Shown: one piece after another, positions 55,681-58,348 of the stretch | Layout of the letters: every line of letters begins with the position of its first letter | How positions within the stretch are numbered: position 1 is the first letter of the stretch | Source of the DNA: a virus | Lineage: Duplodnaviria > Caudoviricetes | Virus record (IMG/VR): IMGVR_UViG_3300047554_000702 | Coordinates: 1-58,348 of that record | Direction: 5' to 3' (one strand) | Length of the DNA stretch: 58,348 bases | Program-made: the position numbers and the translations under genes | Notes under the pieces: generated by a model | The model's input: the letters and a program-made list of their open reading frames with translations, nothing else | The model's database searches: none | Told to the model about the DNA's origin: nothing

Positions 55681-55989
55681 ATGGCTTACACAGTGACGAC
55701 ATTTGACGATAGCGCGGACGGGATGGAGCGCTTGCGCAATCAATCCGAATTTATCTTGCTGGCATATCCCGCAAGCGATTCAACGCCTGACGACGTGCTG
55801 CAGCAATTCATTGACGACATCCAATCGTGTGACCGATTCGACGGTTTCGACTATGACGCGGCGCGCGCTGCAGTGAATGAATGGTACGACTCGGACATGC
55901 TCGCACGCGTCCTGCAGTCGACCGAATGGCCCGATGACGACGAGTCAGAATGGTGGCCCACATTTCGCCTTTATGTTGAATCGGAGTAA
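55681..55989 (+). CDS. early acidic hypothetical protein
   Basis: GGAGAGTAAC motif; Asp/Glu-rich. Confidence 0.7.
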   Translation: MAYTVTTFDDSADGMERLRNQSEFILLAYPASDSTPDDVLQQFIDDIQSCDRFDGFDYDAARAAVNEWYDSDMLARVLQSTEWPDDDESEWWPTFRLYVESE

Positions 55990-55995
55990 CCGCAC

Positions 55996-56535
55996 ATGAC
56001 ACAGATATTCAGCACGGGATTCGGTCCATACACCTTCCCCGGCGACACAATCACCGCAGAGCGCGACGGGTTCACCATTACCGCCACTGTGCACGCTGAC
56101 TCGCACCACGGCGCACCATGGGAAGAATGCGACGGGCACGGACCTGTCAGTGACTGGCGCAATTATAACTACAGAGGATATTACAATAAGCGCCCTGGTG
56201 AATTACTCCTATGCGAGGATCACGGGCGCGCACGCTTCTATGACTTCAAAGAGGCTTGCCGCATCGCATTGCGTGACGGTTGGGGATTCTTGCCGCATCC
56301 CCTGACAATTGAGCGCGATACACCAAGCAATGGTGATTACACGGCTTGCGGTGGTTGGGCGCGTGCTGGCGATTTTTCGGCTTACGATCCGCAAAATTTC
56401 AATCGCGCTGAATTCACGCGCTGTAATTGGTCAAAAGACTGGCACGGTTCACACTGTGACACCTATTTTTCAGGTGTGTTAGTTAGTTTAGCAAGTGACG
56501 GTGAATCCGTAACCGTAGGGAGATTCTATTCGTGA
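55996..56535 (+). CDS. early hypothetical protein
   Basis: GGAGTAAC motif; PWEECDGHGPVSDW...KRPGE...RDGWG. Confidence 0.7.
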   Translation: MTQIFSTGFGPYTFPGDTITAERDGFTITATVHADSHHGAPWEECDGHGPVSDWRNYNYRGYYNKRPGELLLCEDHGRARFYDFKEACRIALRDGWGFLPHPLTIERDTPSNGDYTACGGWARAGDFSAYDPQNFNRAEFTRCNWSKDWHGSHCDTYFSGVLVSLASDGESVTVGRFYS

Positions 56536-56747
56536 CACTAATCGCAAAAGCCCTCGCATCACCCTACACCGCCATGACGTTTCGCACCCTGGCACGTCAC
56601 CGCGACTCAGCGCGCGGATTAGACACAACTGCAGCATTGCGATTGCTGAAGCGCAATGTTAGAGATGTATCACCGCACGCGAGTCGCGCGTTGCAATGGA
56701 GCATTGCGCGACAAATGCTTGCACACTGGCAGGAGAGTAACACATGA
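56532..56747 (+). CDS. early hypothetical protein
   Basis: GTGA/ATGA-coupled. Confidence 0.55.
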   Translation: MTLIAKALASPYTAMTFRTLARHRDSARGLDTTAALRLLKRNVRDVSPHASRALQWSIARQMLAHWQESNT

Positions 56748-56986
56748 CAAGCACATATATAGGCACACTTCGCAATGTGGAGCGCTTGCCTAGCAGTCGA
56801 AACGGCAACCCGCGTTATGCTGCATTGATTGTCACAGACTCGGGTGCAATCCTTCAGGTCCGGACTGCAGTCGACTCGTCACTCGGTTACAGTTTCACTA
56901 ATCACCGTGAAGGTTCGCGCGTTAGAGTCACTGTATCACTGCAGCGCGGCTATTGGGTCATTCAGCATATGGAGCAAGCGGCATGA
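56744..56986 (+). CDS. early hypothetical protein
   Basis: GGAGAGTAAC motif; ERLPSSRNGNPRY...T.VDSSLGY. Confidence 0.7.
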   Translation: MTSTYIGTLRNVERLPSSRNGNPRYAALIVTDSGAILQVRTAVDSSLGYSFTNHREGSRVRVTVSLQRGYWVIQHMEQAA

Positions 56987-57165
56987 AACCACACTAAGCG
57001 ATAAAGAGCGCGAACGTATATGCGCTCAATGGTTCGACATGCTGGCAATGCATCTCACGCGCGCATGGCGCAAACAGGGTCTGTACCCTGAAATTTAGTG
57101 TCACCCGCGTTGCGGTATGGTCAGAGCGTGCCGCAATCGGTTAACATTGAAATGGAGAGTAACCT

Positions 57166-57810
57166 ATGACAAACGACACTCAGACTCGCACCGCATCAAT
57201 CCCCTTCAGCGGCTTTTACGAATCGTCGCATGATGCGGCACTAGATCAAGCGCTTGAACAAATGTTCAGCGACGACTCAGGGTGCGAGCGCACGCCTAGC
57301 TATGACATTGCCAGCGATGCAATCGACTGGCGCGCCGCACACCTTGCCTATGCGCAAGAATACGCCAAGAATCTCGCACTTGAGACTGAATCAACTTGGC
57401 AATTTGCTAAGTTGGATTCACCGCGCTTCTATAACTATCGCACTAATGAAATTGACGTAACGCTGAGCCTGTCCGAATTGCAGCGCATGCGCGACTATGT
57501 TGCAGCTGAGCACGAGTCGGCATGGCTTGAATTGTGCCGCGACCGACTCACCGCGCGTGACGGATTCATTCCGTTCTATGACAGCAATCCTTACACATGG
57601 GGCACGCTTGACACTTGGGAATCGCCGCAACTGTCCCTGCTAGTCGAATGCTACGTAGTGGCGAAACTCGGCGAGACTGAATCAGATGTGCAATGGTGGC
57701 TCAATTATGAATGTGTTGAAGATTGCAACGGTGACATCACTAGGTGCATTGAAAGCGCGATTCCGCAAGCCGCATGGGACAAAATTAACGCAATGGAGAA
57801 CGTGGCATGA
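57166..57810 (+). CDS. early acidic hypothetical protein
   Basis: GGAGAGTAAC motif; IPFSGFYES...LDSPRFYNYRT...RDGFIPFY. Confidence 0.75.
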   Translation: MTNDTQTRTASIPFSGFYESSHDAALDQALEQMFSDDSGCERTPSYDIASDAIDWRAAHLAYAQEYAKNLALETESTWQFAKLDSPRFYNYRTNEIDVTLSLSELQRMRDYVAAEHESAWLELCRDRLTARDGFIPFYDSNPYTWGTLDTWESPQLSLLVECYVVAKLGETESDVQWWLNYECVEDCNGDITRCIESAIPQAAWDKINAMENVA

Positions 57811-57998
57811 GTCGCCGCGCAGATCGTGAAGGCGTCCCGCGCATTCGTTATCTAGATTGGCCGCAACCAGCGCATTGCAGTCTGGCCAAGCGTGACGGGT
57901 TAGGCGCGTTTCGCAGATGTGGCATGTTTGACGCGTGTCGCGCCTATCTGAGAGACTTGCGAGCGTATCGCTTGCGCCACACGGAGCAACAGGCATGA
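57807..57998 (+). CDS. early hypothetical protein
   Basis: ATGA-coupled; GGAG SD. Confidence 0.5.
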   Translation: MSRRADREGVPRIRYLDWPQPAHCSLAKRDGLGAFRRCGMFDACRAYLRDLRAYRLRHTEQQA

Positions 57999-58150
57999 CA
58001 CATTGGACACAAGCGGAACGCGATCTAGCAATTAGTGGCCGGGTATACTTTCGGTACATCTGCGAACCGGATATGCGCCGCAAGGTTTGTCGCGATCTTG
58101 ACAGCGTAAAAAGCGGTCACGGCGCACTTGTTTTCGACTGGCCAGACTAA
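57995..58150 (+). CDS. early hypothetical protein
   Basis: ATGA-coupled; MTHWTQAERDL...; GGAG SD. Confidence 0.5.
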   Translation: MTHWTQAERDLAISGRVYFRYICEPDMRRKVCRDLDSVKSGHGALVFDWPD

Positions 58151-58183
58151 CCCCCCCCCCCCTACATATCCGCGCCGAGTAAC

Positions 58184-58221
58184 TAGCGCCGCGTCCTATA
58201 CGGATTGCGGCGCTATTTTTT
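58184..58221 (+). terminator. intrinsic terminator closing the early region
   Basis: TAGCGCCGC...GCGGCGCTA followed by TTTTTT. Confidence 0.75.
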
Positions 58222-58261
58222 CAGCATGGAGCACGTGTAACAGCATGAACCATTAGCGCCG

Positions 58262-58348
58262 CCCTACGGCACCTGCCGAGCCCGCAGGATCGATCACGCT
58301 CGCCTGCCCTACGGCAACTGCCGAGCCCGCAGGATCGATCACGCTCGC
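58262..58348. repeat. 45-bp tandem repeat, right part
   Basis: Same unit as 1-90: a full copy at 58262-58306 and a truncated variant at 58307-58348. Confidence 0.95.

Noticed and set aside
46382-58162. Homopolymer G/C runs (about 46382, 54602, 58151) as phase-variation switches
   Set aside because: All are intergenic with no clear promoter-spacer or reading-frame role, and run lengths may be sequencing-error prone.

Overview
The window looks like an essentially complete ~58 kb genome of a lytic siphophage. No integrase, repressor cassette or tail sheath was found, and the assembly is broken inside a 45-bp tandem repeat that appears at both ends. The host is very probably an alphaproteobacterium, possibly Sphingomonadales: the phage carries a permuted two-piece tmRNA with an NDN...LAA tag and a GcrA-like gene, and GANTC is depleted in the regions I sampled. 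Layout: accessory genes (0.4-4.5 kb); replication and nucleotide metabolism (4.9-24.3 kb: primase-helicase, exonucleases, VRR-NUC, SF2 helicase, SSB, MazG, family-B DNA polymerase, dNMP kinase, phosphoesterase); lysis (24.3-26 kb); tail, neck, head and packaging on the minus strand (26-52.8 kb); a divergent non-coding region (54.3-55.2 kb); and early genes (55.2-58.1 kb). Four observations stand out. (1) Six unrelated abundant proteins (portal, scaffold, major capsid, a small head-region protein, tail tube, SSB) share a short hydrophobic N-terminal leader ending in Ala-Tyr, suggesting an undescribed leader-processing system; two out-of-place protease-like genes are candidate enzymes. (2) A complete phage-borne permuted tmRNA with its own tag sits between the scaffold and capsid genes. 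(3) A ~2.2-kb early-region island is strongly enriched in GANTC (CcrM) sites. (4) A three-gene neck module has complementary N- and C-terminal motifs that suggest a self-polymerising filament. All family calls come from motif recognition by eye and all counts are manual; no database search was run.
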